Shown here: piece after piece, positions 1 through 10,180 of the stretch
Layout: every line of letters begins with the position of its first letter
How positions within the stretch are numbered: the first letter of the stretch is position 1
NCBI GenBank assembly: GCA_965200965.1
Contig: OZ241744.1
Span: forward strand, 1 to 64,000
Direction of reading: 5' to 3'
DNA: 64,000 nucleotides
Origin: an uncultured Candidatus Binatia bacterium
Lineage (GTDB): Bacteria; Desulfobacterota; Binatia; Bin18
Made by a program: the position numbers and the translations under genes
The notes under the pieces: generated by a model
The model's input: the letters and a program-made list of their open reading frames with translations, nothing else
Database searches by the model: none
What the model was told of the DNA's origin: nothing

Positions 1-1113
1 ACGGTGGTCGCCGCCCGGTACTGCCATGATTGCTCCGGTCCCATAGCTCATCAGCACATAGTCGGCGATCCAGATTGGAATCGCCTGGCCGTTGACCGGA
101 TTGAGCGCATAAGCACCGGTGGCCACCCCGGTTTTTTCTTTGACGAGCTCGGTCCGGGCCAAGTCTGATTTGCGGGCCGCCTCCTGTTGATAGGCTTCAA
201 CCGCGGCCCGCTGGTCGGGCCTTGTGCCGGCTTTAACCAGCGGATGTTCCGGGGCCAGGACACAGTAGGTTGCCCCAAACAAGGTATCTGGCCGGGTGGT
301 AAAGACATCAAAACAGGCGTCGTGGCTGGCCGGCAGGTCGGTGCGTGGCGTCCCGTCCGGCTGACACAACTGGAAGCGGACCCGGGCCCCCTCACTGCGG
401 CCGATCCAGTTACGCTGCATTTCTTTGACATTGTCCGGCCAGTCGAGCTGGTCCAGACCGGCTAATAAACGCTCGGCATAGGCGGTAATCCGCAGCATCC
501 ACTGCCGCATCGGGCGGCGAATCACCTCATGCCCGCCCCGCTCACTCTTGCCGTCAAGGACTTCTTCATTGGCCAGAACCGTCCCAAGCGCCGGGCACCA
601 GTTGACGGGCACTTCGGCAACATAGGCTAGGCCGCGCTCATACAGCTTGAGAAAAATCCACTGGGTCCAGCGATAGTAGTCTGGGTCACAAGTCGCTATT
701 TCGCGGTCCCAGTCATACGAGAAGCCGAGGGCCTGAATCTGGTGCCGAAAGGTGGTGATATTTCGCTGGGTGGTCTCGCGCGGATGGGTGCCGGTTTCGA
801 GGGCGTACTGTTCGGCCGGCAGACCAAACGCGTCCCAGCCCATTGGATGCAGGACGTTGAAGCCGCGCATCCGTTTGTAGCGGGCCAGAATATCGGTGGC
901 TGTATAGCCTTCCGGGTGGCCAACGTGCAAGCCTGAGCCGCTGGGGTAGGGAAACATGTCCATAATGTAGTACTTGGGCCTCGTGGGATCGACTTCGGCC
1001 CGAAAGGTCTTGTTTTCGAGCCAGAAACGCTGCCACTTTGGCTCAATCTCTGCGGGCCGATAGCGGACCCGGCCGCTCTTATTGTGATCGGTCTGAGTAT
1101 GCGTTTGACTCAT
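1..1113 (-). CDS. leuS: Leucine--tRNA ligase, N-terminal part (runs off the window start)
   Basis: Read manually: ATG at 1113 gives [31 protein letters not shown]...[23 protein letters not shown] (HIGH motif), then [16 protein letters not shown]. Not in the ORF track because it is truncated. Confidence 0.96.
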   Translation of the reverse strand, partial: MSQTHTQTDHNKSGRVRYRPAEIEPKWQRFWLENKTFRAEVDPTRPKYYIMDMFPYPSGSGLHVGHPEGYTATDILARYKRMRGFNVLHPMGWDAFGLPAEQYALETGTHPRETTQRNITTFRHQIQALGFSYDWDREIATCDPDYYRWTQWIFLKLYERGLAYVAEVPVNWCPALGTVLANEEVLDGKSERGGHEVIRRPMRQWMLRITAYAERLLAGLDQLDWPDNVKEMQRNWIGRSEGARVRFQLCQPDGTPRTDLPASHDACFDVFTTRPDTLFGATYCVLAPEHPLVKAGTRPDQRAAVEAYQQEAARKSDLARTELVKEKTGVATGAYALNPVNGQAIPIWIADYVLMSYGTGAIMAVPGGDHR

Positions 1114-1546
1114 GACGGTCTACTTTCTTGCCTACCACACTGGCAATCCGATCGAGCACGCCATTGATGAACATCGGGGCCTCGTCGCTACAGTAGCGGC
1201 GCGCAATTTCAATCGCCTCGTTGATCGTCACCCCGGCCGACAGATCGGGATAGCTCAGCAACTCATGGGCACCGAGGCGGAGCAGGTTCCAATCAACCTT
1301 GGGCAAACGCCCCAGACGCCAGTGTTCGGCGGCGTCTGCGATCAGTCTGTCGAGGCGCTCACGTTCCTGCCAAGCGCCTTCCACCAGAGCGGTTGTAAAC
1401 TCCCGTTTGTGGGCTCTGGGTTTGAAGTTTTGCCAAAACAGGGCGAGGGCTTGGTACGGTTCGGTCCCGGTCATATCGATCTGGTAGAGGACTTGCAGGG
1501 CAAACTCTCGGCCCTGCCGTCGGGAGCCTTGGGTGTGGGATGCCAT
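1079..1546 (-). CDS. nusB: Transcription antitermination factor NusB
   Basis: [42 protein letters not shown] motifs; follows ribH. Confidence 0.96.
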   Translation of the reverse strand: MASHTQGSRRQGREFALQVLYQIDMTGTEPYQALALFWQNFKPRAHKREFTTALVEGAWQERERLDRLIADAAEHWRLGRLPKVDWNLLRLGAHELLSYPDLSAGVTINEAIEIARRYCSDEAPMFINGVLDRIASVVGKKVDRHESNAYSDRSQ

Positions 1547-1561
1547 GTGTCCTGGATGGGC

Positions 1562-2029
1562 TTAGCCCAGCTCTTTTAGGGTATTCACCATTGCGATCGC
1601 TGCCGCCGCGGCCTCAGCGCCCTTGTTGCCCAGTTTGGCTCCGGCCCGGTCAAGTGCCTGTTCGACTGAGTTGGTGGTCAGCACCCCGAAGCAGATCGGC
1701 AGTCCGTGATCAAGCATGACTTCCTTAATCCCCTGGGTCATGGCCGCGGCAATATAATCGAAATGTGGGGTCTCGCCCCTGATGATCGCGCCCAGACAGA
1801 TGAGCGCGTCGTAGCGGCCGCTGGAGGCCAGCTTTTTGGTAAACAGAGGGATATCGTAGGCACCGGGGACGAGGACGATATCAATCGCCTCTTGGCTGAC
1901 GCCGTGCCGGCACAGCGTATCAATCGCTCCGGTTTGGAGCCGCTCGGTCACCAGGCTGTTGAACTGAGACACCACCAAGCCGTAGCGCTGACCGCTGGCG
2001 TCCATGTTGCCCTGAATGAGGCGTACCAT
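1562..2029 (-). CDS. ribH: 6,7-dimethyl-8-ribityllumazine synthase
   Basis: VPGAYDIP, LGAIIRGETPHFDYI, FGVLTT, GNKGAEAA motifs. Confidence 0.97.
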   Translation of the reverse strand: MVRLIQGNMDASGQRYGLVVSQFNSLVTERLQTGAIDTLCRHGVSQEAIDIVLVPGAYDIPLFTKKLASSGRYDALICLGAIIRGETPHFDYIAAAMTQGIKEVMLDHGLPICFGVLTTNSVEQALDRAGAKLGNKGAEAAAAAIAMVNTLKELG

Positions 2030-2046
2030 AGGAATCGCTCGTTCGA

Positions 2047-3270
2047 TTACTCCACGGGTTTGAGCTCACCGAGCAGATGCCCCATTTTTTCTTTCTTGAC
2101 CCGCAGGTAGTGGATGTTGTCCTTATGTGGTGGAGTTTCGATCGCTCGGCGTTCCACCACCTTGATCCCATAGTCCTCTAAGCCGCTGATTTTTTTTGGG
2201 TTATTTGTGAACAGGCGTACCTGCGTAATATGCAGGTCGTGCAGAATCTGGGCCCCGATGCCATAGTCGCGCAGGTCTTCTTCAAAACCGAGGTGCAGGT
2301 TGGCCTCAACAGTATCAAAACCCTGGTCCTGGAGGGCGTAGGCACGAATTTTATTGGCCAGACCAATGCCGCGGCCCTCCTGGTGCAGATACAGAATGAC
2401 GCCTTTGCCCTCTGCGGCAATATCTCCCATTGCCTGGTGCAACTGCTCGCCGCAGTCACACCGCTCGGAGCCAAACACATCGCCGGTCAGGCACTGTGAG
2501 TGGACCCGGACCGATACGATGTTGCGCGGATGAATGGTGCCTTTGACCAAGGCGATATGTTCGTGGACATCGATATCGGTCCGGTAGGCAATGACGAAAA
2601 ACTTGCCACCAAACGGGCTGGTGATATCCGCCTGGGCGATGCGATGGACGAGCGACTCGGTCCGCAGCCGATAGGCCATGAGTTGGGACAGTGAGACGAC
2701 CGCGAGTTGGTGTCGGTCGGCTAGCGCTTCGAGTTCCGCGGTGGTGGCGAGGTCGCCGTCTTCGCCCAGAATCGTACACAGGGTTGCCGCCGGGGTGAGG
2801 CGTCCGAGGCGGGTCAGATCAACCGCCCCTTCTGATAAGCCGGGCCGGGCCAGCACTCCACCGCTGTGTGCCACCAGGGGATGGACGTGACCGGGCATGA
2901 CAATATCGTCCGGGCCGGCCTTGGGTTTAATCGCTGTGGTAATCGTGATCGCTCGGTCATAGGCCGATATGCCGGTGGTGACGCCTTTGCGGGCTTCGAT
3001 AGAGGCACCAAACAGACGCTGGTGGTTGAGAGCCGGGCCGGAGCCGAGCAGCGGGATGCCGAGTTGGCGGATTTTTTCCTCAGTCAGGGCCAGGCACACC
3101 AGACCCCGTCCGTGGGTGGCCATAAAATTGATCGCTTCTGGGGTGGTTTTGTCAGCGGCAGTACACAGATTCGCCTCACCGCTCACTTCGTCGTCGTCAA
3201 CCAGGATGATCGTCTTGCCCTGGCGCAGGTCAGCGATAACGTTCTCGACTGATGCGACCGATAGTTGCAT
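2047..3270 (-). CDS. ribBA: RibBA-type fusion: degenerate DHBP synthase domain plus intact GTP cyclohydrolase II
   Basis: C-terminal RVHSQCLTGDVFGSERCDCGEQL, QEGRGIGL, TNNPKK intact. N-terminal RibB fold is recognisable (TTGISAYDRA, PGHVHPL) but its catalytic motifs are altered. Confidence 0.92.
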   Translation of the reverse strand: MQLSVASVENVIADLRQGKTIILVDDDEVSGEANLCTAADKTTPEAINFMATHGRGLVCLALTEEKIRQLGIPLLGSGPALNHQRLFGASIEARKGVTTGISAYDRAITITTAIKPKAGPDDIVMPGHVHPLVAHSGGVLARPGLSEGAVDLTRLGRLTPAATLCTILGEDGDLATTAELEALADRHQLAVVSLSQLMAYRLRTESLVHRIAQADITSPFGGKFFVIAYRTDIDVHEHIALVKGTIHPRNIVSVRVHSQCLTGDVFGSERCDCGEQLHQAMGDIAAEGKGVILYLHQEGRGIGLANKIRAYALQDQGFDTVEANLHLGFEEDLRDYGIGAQILHDLHITQVRLFTNNPKKISGLEDYGIKVVERRAIETPPHKDNIHYLRVKKEKMGHLLGELKPVE

Positions 3271-3279
3271 AGGCCCCCC

Positions 3280-4404
3280 TTATTTTTTCCGTCGACGTGC
3301 GGCTTGGTCAATCGAGGCACGCACCATTACATCGTCTCCCCGTTGGCTGATCTGTTCGATGCGCAGCTTGTGGCCGGCGGCCACCCGGGTAATGCCAAGG
3401 GCTCCGATCATGGACCGTCCATCGCCGCCGAGCAAGATGGGCCGGTAAAAAAACAGGAGCTTGTCAACGTGGTACCCGCTGAGGGCCGCGGCTGCGACTT
3501 GGCCGCCACCCTCAATCAGCACATGCTTGAGACCCCGCCGGGCCAGTTCCTGGAGCAGGGCGTCGAGCGAAACCCGGCCCTTAGCCGCTGCCAGGGGCAA
3601 GACCTCGACATTGGGCCGCTCGAACAAGCGCCGCCGTTTTGCCCCGGCTTGGGTGGTGGCGAGCAGGGTGGACGCTTTTGAGGCTTGGGTGCAGACGCGG
3701 GCCTCGGGGCTGATTGACAGGCGACTGTCCAGCACGACGCGGACCGGGTCGCGACCGCCCCGAATGCGGCATGTCAGCTGTGGGTCATCGCTGCGCACAG
3801 TCTCGGCCCCGACCAGAATGGCATCGGCCTGATTTCTGAGTTGGTGTACCAGACGACGTGAGGAAGGGCCGCTGATCCAGCGCGAGTCACCGACCGCGGT
3901 CGCGATCCGGCCGTCCAGCGAAGCGGCCAGCTTGAGCGTGACCATCGGCCGTCCGGTCCGCATGAAAATGCTGAAGTCTTCGTTCAGATGCTCACACGCC
4001 TGTCTCAGGACGCCGGTCCTGACCTCAATACCGGCCCGCCGCAGGCGGCGGACCCCGCGGCCGGCGACCAGCGGATTGGGGTCAATCATGCCGACCACCA
4101 CGCGTTGAATGCCGGCCTGCTGCACCGCGTCGGCACACGGCGGGGTGTGGCCGTGGTGGGAGCACGGCTCAAGGTTGACGTACAGGGTCGCGCCCTGGGC
4201 CGATCCCTTGAGGCTGCGCAGGGCTTCGATTTCGGCATGCGGCTGGCCGGCTTTGCGGTGAAATCCCTGGCCGATGATGCGTGTGCCGCGAACAATCACC
4301 GCGCCCACCGCCGGGTTTGGACTCGTCCGCCCCAGACCACGGGTGGCCAACTCCAAGGCCTGCTGCATATAGGTGTTATCTGTGTCGGGGGTGGCGGACT
4401 TCAT
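3280..4404 (-). CDS. ribD: Riboflavin biosynthesis deaminase/reductase RibD
   Basis: [37 protein letters not shown]. Confidence 0.97.
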   Translation of the reverse strand: MKSATPDTDNTYMQQALELATRGLGRTSPNPAVGAVIVRGTRIIGQGFHRKAGQPHAEIEALRSLKGSAQGATLYVNLEPCSHHGHTPPCADAVQQAGIQRVVVGMIDPNPLVAGRGVRRLRRAGIEVRTGVLRQACEHLNEDFSIFMRTGRPMVTLKLAASLDGRIATAVGDSRWISGPSSRRLVHQLRNQADAILVGAETVRSDDPQLTCRIRGGRDPVRVVLDSRLSISPEARVCTQASKASTLLATTQAGAKRRRLFERPNVEVLPLAAAKGRVSLDALLQELARRGLKHVLIEGGGQVAAAALSGYHVDKLLFFYRPILLGGDGRSMIGALGITRVAAGHKLRIEQISQRGDDVMVRASIDQAARRRKK

Positions 4405-4937
4405 TTTGCGCTTGTTTTTGACGACTTCTTCTTGCGTGAGCGACGACCAGAGCGAGGCCGCTCCGGGCTTGGCTCAGTGTGGCTGCGCTCTTGGATCAGG
4501 TCTTTGAGCTCGTTCATGAACGCATCCAGATCTTGGAATGAGCGGTACACCGAGGCAAAACGGACATAAGCGACTTTATCCAGATCGTAGAGTTGGCGCA
4601 TGACCTCCTCGCCTATCATCGTGCTCTTCAGCTCTTTATCTCCAGAGCCTTGCAGGGAGCGCTCAATGCGGTCGGCAATGTCTTCAATCGTCTCAATGCT
4701 GATCGCCCGTTTCTCACACGCCTTGGTCAGACCCGCGATCACTTTCTGGCGGCTATACGCCTCCCGGCGGCCGTCTTTCTTAATGACCAGCGGCAGGATT
4801 TCCTCCACCCGCTCATAGGTCGTAAAACGGCGCTCACACTGGTCGCACTCGCGCCGGCGTCTGATGACGTCTCCGTCCCGACCCAGCCGGGAGTCAATGA
4901 CTCGGTTGTCTTGATCTGAGCAGAAGGGGCACTTCAT
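4401..4937 (-). CDS. nrdR: Transcriptional repressor NrdR
   Basis: MKCPFC...IRRRREC..C..RFTTYE; [13 protein letters not shown]. Confidence 0.97.
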   Translation of the reverse strand: MKCPFCSDQDNRVIDSRLGRDGDVIRRRRECDQCERRFTTYERVEEILPLVIKKDGRREAYSRQKVIAGLTKACEKRAISIETIEDIADRIERSLQGSGDKELKSTMIGEEVMRQLYDLDKVAYVRFASVYRSFQDLDAFMNELKDLIQERSHTEPSPERPRSGRRSRKKKSSKTSAK

Positions 4938-4959
4938 CCTACAGGCTCGGGGCGATGAG

Positions 4960-6240
4960 CTATGGGGTCATGGACGCATAGATCGGGAATTGGTGGCACA
5001 GGTCACGCACTTCTGCCCCGATGGCATCGAGCGCCGTATCGTCTCCGACTTTTTGTAAGGCGCGCCAAATAAACTCGGCAATCACCTCCATTTCGGGCTC
5101 TTTCATCCCTCGGCTCGTCACAGCCGGCGTCCCAATACGAACGCCACTGGTGACAAACGGAGAGCGGGTATCAAACGGAAGGGTGTTTTTGTTGACGGTA
5201 ATACGAGCGCGGTCCAGCGTTTCTTGGGCCAGCTTGCCGGTCAGTTCTGTGTCGCGCAGGTCAAGCAGCATGAGATGGTTGTCTGTCCCGCCCGATACCA
5301 GCCGAAAACCACGCCTGAGCAGACTGTTGGCCAGCGTTGTGGCGTTGGCCAGGATTTGCCCTTGATAGGCTTTGAAGGCTGGGCTTGCGGCTTCTTTCAA
5401 GGCCACCGCCTTGGCGGCGATGACGTGCATCAGTGGACCGCCCTGATTGCCGGGAAAAACGGACGAGTTCACGCTCTTGGCAAAGTCCTGGCGGCATAAA
5501 ATCATGCCCCCGCGTGGCCCGCGCAGCGTTTTGTGGGTGGTCGTCGTCACCAACTCAGCATACGGAACCGGGGAGGGGTGCAGGCCGGCCGCGACAAGAC
5601 CGGCAAAATGGGCAATATCGACCATGACCACAGCGCCAATCTCGTCGGCGATCTGACGGAATGGCGCGGCGTCAATCTGACGCGGATAGGCGCTGTGACC
5701 GGCAACCAGCATTTTGGGGCGATGTCTGCGCGCCAGGGCGGCGATTTCCTGGTAGTCAATGCGCTGGTCAGACTCGCGCACGCCATAGGGAATGACTTTG
5801 AAAAATTTCCCCGAGAAGTTGACCGGACTACCGTGGGTGAGATGGCCACCGTGGGACAGATTCATGCTCAGGATGCTATCCCCCGGCTGGAGCTGGGAGA
5901 AATACGCCGCCATATTGGCCTGAGCGCCGGAGTGGGGCTGGACATTGGCGTGGTCTGCGCCGAACAGGGCTCTGGCCCGCTCGATCGCCAGATGCTCAAC
6001 GACATCAACATATTCACAGCCGCCATAATAGCGCTTGCCGGGATAGCCTTCTGCGTATTTATTGGTCAGAACCGAACCCTGGGCTTCCAGGACTGCCTGA
6101 CTGGCCAAGTTCTCGGAGGCAATTAGCTCAAGATTAGACTCTTGGCGCTGCGTTTCGTGCTCGATCGCCGCATAAATCTCAGGGTCTTGCTGGGCCAAAC
6201 TGCTTTTCATACCCGCTTCCGAGAATAGCGGCGATGACAT
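4960..6240 (-). CDS. glyA: Serine hydroxymethyltransferase (start may be 6210)
   Basis: [37 protein letters not shown]. Confidence 0.98.
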   Translation of the reverse strand: MSSPLFSEAGMKSSLAQQDPEIYAAIEHETQRQESNLELIASENLASQAVLEAQGSVLTNKYAEGYPGKRYYGGCEYVDVVEHLAIERARALFGADHANVQPHSGAQANMAAYFSQLQPGDSILSMNLSHGGHLTHGSPVNFSGKFFKVIPYGVRESDQRIDYQEIAALARRHRPKMLVAGHSAYPRQIDAAPFRQIADEIGAVVMVDIAHFAGLVAAGLHPSPVPYAELVTTTTHKTLRGPRGGMILCRQDFAKSVNSSVFPGNQGGPLMHVIAAKAVALKEAASPAFKAYQGQILANATTLANSLLRRGFRLVSGGTDNHLMLLDLRDTELTGKLAQETLDRARITVNKNTLPFDTRSPFVTSGVRIGTPAVTSRGMKEPEMEVIAEFIWRALQKVGDDTALDAIGAEVRDLCHQFPIYASMTP

Positions 6241-6349
6241 CTGAGCCTGGACTGCTCCGCCTCTCAGGCTCGGAGGGAGACAGGCAGGACTTCCAAGACA
6301 AGCCGCTGCGATTTTTCCTCAATGCTGAGAGCGGCCGCGACCCCAGACA

Positions 6350-6592
6350 CTAGGCCTGCTGACTGTCGATATAGCTGATGACGTCTTTGACCGTTCGAAT
6401 CTTTTCGACGTCGTCGTCTGAGATCTCGGTGTCGTACTCTTCTTCAAGCGCCATGACGAGTTCGACAATATCGAGCGAGTCAGCGCCCAAGTCCTCAATA
6501 AACGACGCCTCCAAGGCCACCTCTTCTTGGCTCACGCCGAGTTGTTCGCAGATGATCTGTATGACGCGTTTCTGTGTTGCACTCTCTGCCAT
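6350..6592 (-). CDS. acpP: Acyl carrier protein
   Basis: [19 protein letters not shown] phosphopantetheine site. Confidence 0.97.
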   Translation of the reverse strand: MAESATQKRVIQIICEQLGVSQEEVALEASFIEDLGADSLDIVELVMALEEEYDTEISDDDVEKIRTVKDVISYIDSQQA

Positions 6593-6648
6593 AACGCTGT
6601 CCTCCTGTATCGCTTATTAGCCAGACGCGGGAGCGGCCGGTGCGTCGC

Positions 6649-7398
6649 TTATACATACATGCCACCGTTGACACTGATGACCTGTCCGGTGATATACGCC
6701 GCCAAAGGACTGACCAGGAAAGCCACGACTTCGGCAACCTCTGCCGGGGTGCCCCATCGACCCGCTGGAATGATGCTCAAATATCCTGTTTTGACCCGGT
6801 CTGGCAAGGACCCGGTCATGTCGGTTTCAATAAAGCCCGGGGCAACGGCGTTGACGGTAATCGCCCTCGAGGCCAACTCTTTGGCCAGGGTCCTGGTCAG
6901 TCCCATAATCCCCGCTTTTGCCGCGCTATAGGCGGTCTGTCCGGCGTTGCCGGTCTGGGCCACAACCGACGTGAGGTTAATGATCCGGCCGCTGCGCTGG
7001 CGGACCATGGTGCGGGCAACGGCTTTGCTGCACAGAAAAGCGCCTTTGAGGTTGACATCCATGACCCGCTCCCACTCGTCTTCTTTCAGGCGCAACAGCA
7101 GGGCGTCGAGCGCCAAGCCGGCGTTGTTGACCAGGATGTCGATCCGGCTGTGTTGCGCCAACACGCCCTGAACGCTCGTCGTCACCTCGGCCTGATCGGC
7201 AACGTTGAACCGACACAACTCGGCCCGACCGCCGGCCGCGCGGATGTGGGCGCACACGTCTTCTGCCGCCGCCTGATTTTGTACATAGTTGATCAGGATG
7301 TGAGCACCGTCCTCGGCCAAGCGCTCGGCAATGACCCGACCGATACCGCGCGAGGCACCGGTCACGAGGGCGATCTGTCCCTCTAGCCTGACGGTCAT
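6649..7398 (-). CDS. fabG: 3-oxoacyl-ACP reductase
   Basis: TGASRGIG, NNAG, YSAAK, VNGGM; lies between fabD and acpP. Confidence 0.95.
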   Translation of the reverse strand: MTVRLEGQIALVTGASRGIGRVIAERLAEDGAHILINYVQNQAAAEDVCAHIRAAGGRAELCRFNVADQAEVTTSVQGVLAQHSRIDILVNNAGLALDALLLRLKEDEWERVMDVNLKGAFLCSKAVARTMVRQRSGRIINLTSVVAQTGNAGQTAYSAAKAGIMGLTRTLAKELASRAITVNAVAPGFIETDMTGSLPDRVKTGYLSIIPAGRWGTPAEVAEVVAFLVSPLAAYITGQVISVNGGMYV

Positions 7399-8333
7399 AC
7401 GAGCAGCCTTTGTACTGTCTGGAGATGGGGTGGCTCACCAAAAGAGACGCACGGGATGCCGGAGTCGATCCGTTTGAGTAAGCCGCTCAGCACATGCCCC
7501 GGTCCGATTTCGACCGCGGCTCGACAGCCTAGGGAGCCGAGTTGTTGCATGCTTCCTCCCCAGTGGACTGGAGCTGTGACCTGTTGGAAGAGGAGGGGTT
7601 TGACTTGGCCGGGGTCTCGGTGTGGCTGGGCGGTGACATTCGGAATCAGGTCAACCAACAGGGGCTCAACGACAAGCGGCTCTAAGACCCGGCGTAGCCC
7701 GTCAGCCGCCGGTGCCATCAACCCGCAGTGGAAGGGGGCGCTGACCGCCAGTTCAACGGCCCGCTTTGCGCCCCGTGCCTTGGCGACCTCAATCGCCCGC
7801 CGGACAGCCTCGGTATGGCCGGCCACCACCACTTGGGCCCCACCGTTGATATTGGCTGGGGAGACGATCTGGCCTTGGGCGGCCTCTTGACAGATTCCGA
7901 CGACGGCCTGTGGCGAGAGCCCCATCAGGGCGGCCATACTACCAACTCCGGCCGGTACGGCTTCTTGCATCAGCCGGCCACGTTCACGGACGGTCCGCAG
8001 AGCATCGGCAAAAGACAGCGCCCCGGCCGCGACGAGCGCGGTGTACTCCCCCAAACTATGGCCGGCTACGCACACCGGGCGAAGATCCGTCTCGTGCTCA
8101 AGAACCCGTAAGGCGGCAACGCTGGCCGCCAGTATGGCCGGCTGGGCGTTGGCGGTCAGCCGCAGGGCGTCTTCCGGGCCCGCAAAGCACAGGGTCGACA
8201 GTTTGAAATGCAGGGCCTCGTCTGCCTCGCTGAAGACCTCAGCGGCAACCGCAAACTGCTGTGTCAGCGCTTCTCCCATCCCGACCGTTTGTGAGCCTTG
8301 GCCGGGGAAGAGCAGCGCTAGCCTCTGGCTCAT
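7395..8333 (-). CDS. fabD: Malonyl-CoA-ACP transacylase
   Basis: MSQRLALLFPGQGSQ, GHSLGEY, VSAPFH. ATG at 8333 overlaps the plsX stop (ATGA). Confidence 0.96.
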   Translation of the reverse strand: MSQRLALLFPGQGSQTVGMGEALTQQFAVAAEVFSEADEALHFKLSTLCFAGPEDALRLTANAQPAILAASVAALRVLEHETDLRPVCVAGHSLGEYTALVAAGALSFADALRTVRERGRLMQEAVPAGVGSMAALMGLSPQAVVGICQEAAQGQIVSPANINGGAQVVVAGHTEAVRRAIEVAKARGAKRAVELAVSAPFHCGLMAPAADGLRRVLEPLVVEPLLVDLIPNVTAQPHRDPGQVKPLLFQQVTAPVHWGGSMQQLGSLGCRAAVEIGPGHVLSGLLKRIDSGIPCVSFGEPPHLQTVQRLLV

Positions 8334-9607
8334 CCGTGATGTTCCTCTTCTTTCTGCCTTGGTTTGTGGACGGAGTTGTGCTGATCCAGGCCGTGGGGCT
8401 GGCCGACCCGCGCGTTGAACGGTCGACGGTCGGCGACAAAATTCGTTCCGGGGGATCGGGGGTTGTCTGACTCCGGTTTGTCCGTCTGAGCCGACGGGTC
8501 GCCCTCTGACCCTACCTCGGTTCTCTGGCTGTCGCGGGAACGGAAGCGCTCCCGAATGTTGGTCCACAGATTGCGTCCGCCATGTTTGATCTCGGCGGCC
8601 AAAAGTGCGGTTTCCGGCAGGGTGTGCAGGTTTTCAATAATCTGCTCGTTCACTCCCAGACGGACCGACTCGTCGGCCAGACGGATCGCGTTTTTGATTG
8701 CTTTCGGGGTGGATGCGCCGTGGGCGATAATAGGCAGCCCTTTTGTCCCCAGCAGCAGTGCCCCGCCAATCTCATCCGCATCCAAACTGGCCCGCAGGGA
8801 GGCGAAAGAATGGCGCAGCAGGAAGTAGGCGATCTTGCCCTGCCAGTTGGCGGTGAACAGAGAGCGGAGCTGGGTTTGCAGAAAACCGTAGAAGCCCTCC
8901 ATGGTCTTGAGGGCCACATTACCGGTAAAGCCGTCGGTGACAATGACGTCAACATCGCCGCTGTTCAGGTCACGGCCTTCGATATAGCCAATGTAATTGA
9001 GCGACAGTTTTTTGAGAATTTCGTGCGCAATACGGGTCGCCTCGGTGCCTTTCGAGTCTTCCTCGCCGTTGCTCAAGACACCGACCCGTGGATAGTGAAT
9101 GCCGCGCACAACGCGGGCATAGACCTCGCCCATGACGGCGAACTGGACGAGATGCTGGGGTTTACACTCGACATTTGCCCCGGAATCAATGAGGCAGGCT
9201 CGCTGGCCTGAGGTTGGCAGCATGGTGACAATTGCCGGCCGTTCGACACCCTTGAGACGACCAAGGCTGGTGATAGCCAGAGCCAGCACGGCTCCAGAAT
9301 TGCCGGCGCTGACGACTGCACCGGCATGGCCCGATTTGACATGTCCAAACGCAACATGCAGCGACGAGTTGCGTTTTGTGCGCATAGCCGCCACCGGCGA
9401 ATCGCTCATGCTGATCGTCTCGGTGGCGTGCTGGATGGCCAGCAGGGAGGATTCTTTTGCCTGGATGTGCTTCAGTCCACGCGCAATACTGTCCCGATTG
9501 CCGACGAGCAAAACCTCAATGCCGTACTCCCGAGATGCGTGGACCGCGCCCTCAACGACGGCCTGTGGGGCATGATCACCGCCCATGGCATCAACAGCGA
9601 TATACAT
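8330..9607 (-). CDS. plsX: Phosphate acyltransferase PlsX with a low-complexity C-terminal extension
   Basis: IAVDAMGGDHAP, VSAGNSGA, DGFTGNVALKTMEG. Confidence 0.95.
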   Translation of the reverse strand: MYIAVDAMGGDHAPQAVVEGAVHASREYGIEVLLVGNRDSIARGLKHIQAKESSLLAIQHATETISMSDSPVAAMRTKRNSSLHVAFGHVKSGHAGAVVSAGNSGAVLALAITSLGRLKGVERPAIVTMLPTSGQRACLIDSGANVECKPQHLVQFAVMGEVYARVVRGIHYPRVGVLSNGEEDSKGTEATRIAHEILKKLSLNYIGYIEGRDLNSGDVDVIVTDGFTGNVALKTMEGFYGFLQTQLRSLFTANWQGKIAYFLLRHSFASLRASLDADEIGGALLLGTKGLPIIAHGASTPKAIKNAIRLADESVRLGVNEQIIENLHTLPETALLAAEIKHGGRNLWTNIRERFRSRDSQRTEVGSEGDPSAQTDKPESDNPRSPGTNFVADRRPFNARVGQPHGLDQHNSVHKPRQKEEEHHG

Positions 9608-9631
9608 GGTGGTGTGTGAGGAAACAGGCGC

Positions 9632-10180
9632 TTATTTGCCGCCTCCTTGGGGAGGAATCCGTACAAAAGAGAGGAGGGCCAGCGGCGAATCTCTTTCGCC
9701 CGGCTGGCAGGCGCAGTTATCCTGGTTCAGGTTGATGCCACACTGAGAACACAGCCCACGGCACTCTTCGGAACACATCGGGGCGTTGGGCAGGGCGAGC
9801 ATGACTTGTTCGTGGAGCAACGCTGATACGTCAATGTGTTCTCCGTGATAAAAACTTGCCGATAGCTCGTCTTGTCTCAACTCAATCTCCCGACCAAGCC
9901 GGGGCGTAGGCTGGAGAACCACCGAGAACGAGCGGTCTAGGGGAAAGGAGTAAGACTCAAGGCAGCGAACGCACTGACCACTGAGCGTCCCCTGTACGCT
10001 GCCGCCAAAAAAGAGGTCTTGCCCCGAACGGAAATGGCTCAGCCGAATATGTGGGGGCGCTTCAACCCGATATTCGGGTGTCGACTGGACCGACGAGAGA
10101 AACTGGCCGAGTTCCTGGGTCTCCTCGGGAAAAGCCAGCACAGTCGGAGACGTAAGGATATCTTCGATATGGATCTTCAC
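9632..10180 (-). CDS. yceD: DUF177/YceD family protein
   Basis: CVRCL, LALPNAPMCSEECRGLCSQCGINLN; usual position upstream of plsX. Confidence 0.9.
   Translation of the reverse strand: MKIHIEDILTSPTVLAFPEETQELGQFLSSVQSTPEYRVEAPPHIRLSHFRSGQDLFFGGSVQGTLSGQCVRCLESYSFPLDRSFSVVLQPTPRLGREIELRQDELSASFYHGEHIDVSALLHEQVMLALPNAPMCSEECRGLCSQCGINLNQDNCACQPGERDSPLALLSFVRIPPQGGGK

Noticed and set aside
6241-6349. Hairpin upstream of glyA considered as a ZTP or glycine riboswitch
   Set aside because: Too short, and no recognisable aptamer consensus.
7395-8567. 390-aa FabD
   Set aside because: The upstream part overlaps plsX; the ATG at 8333 is coupled to the plsX stop.
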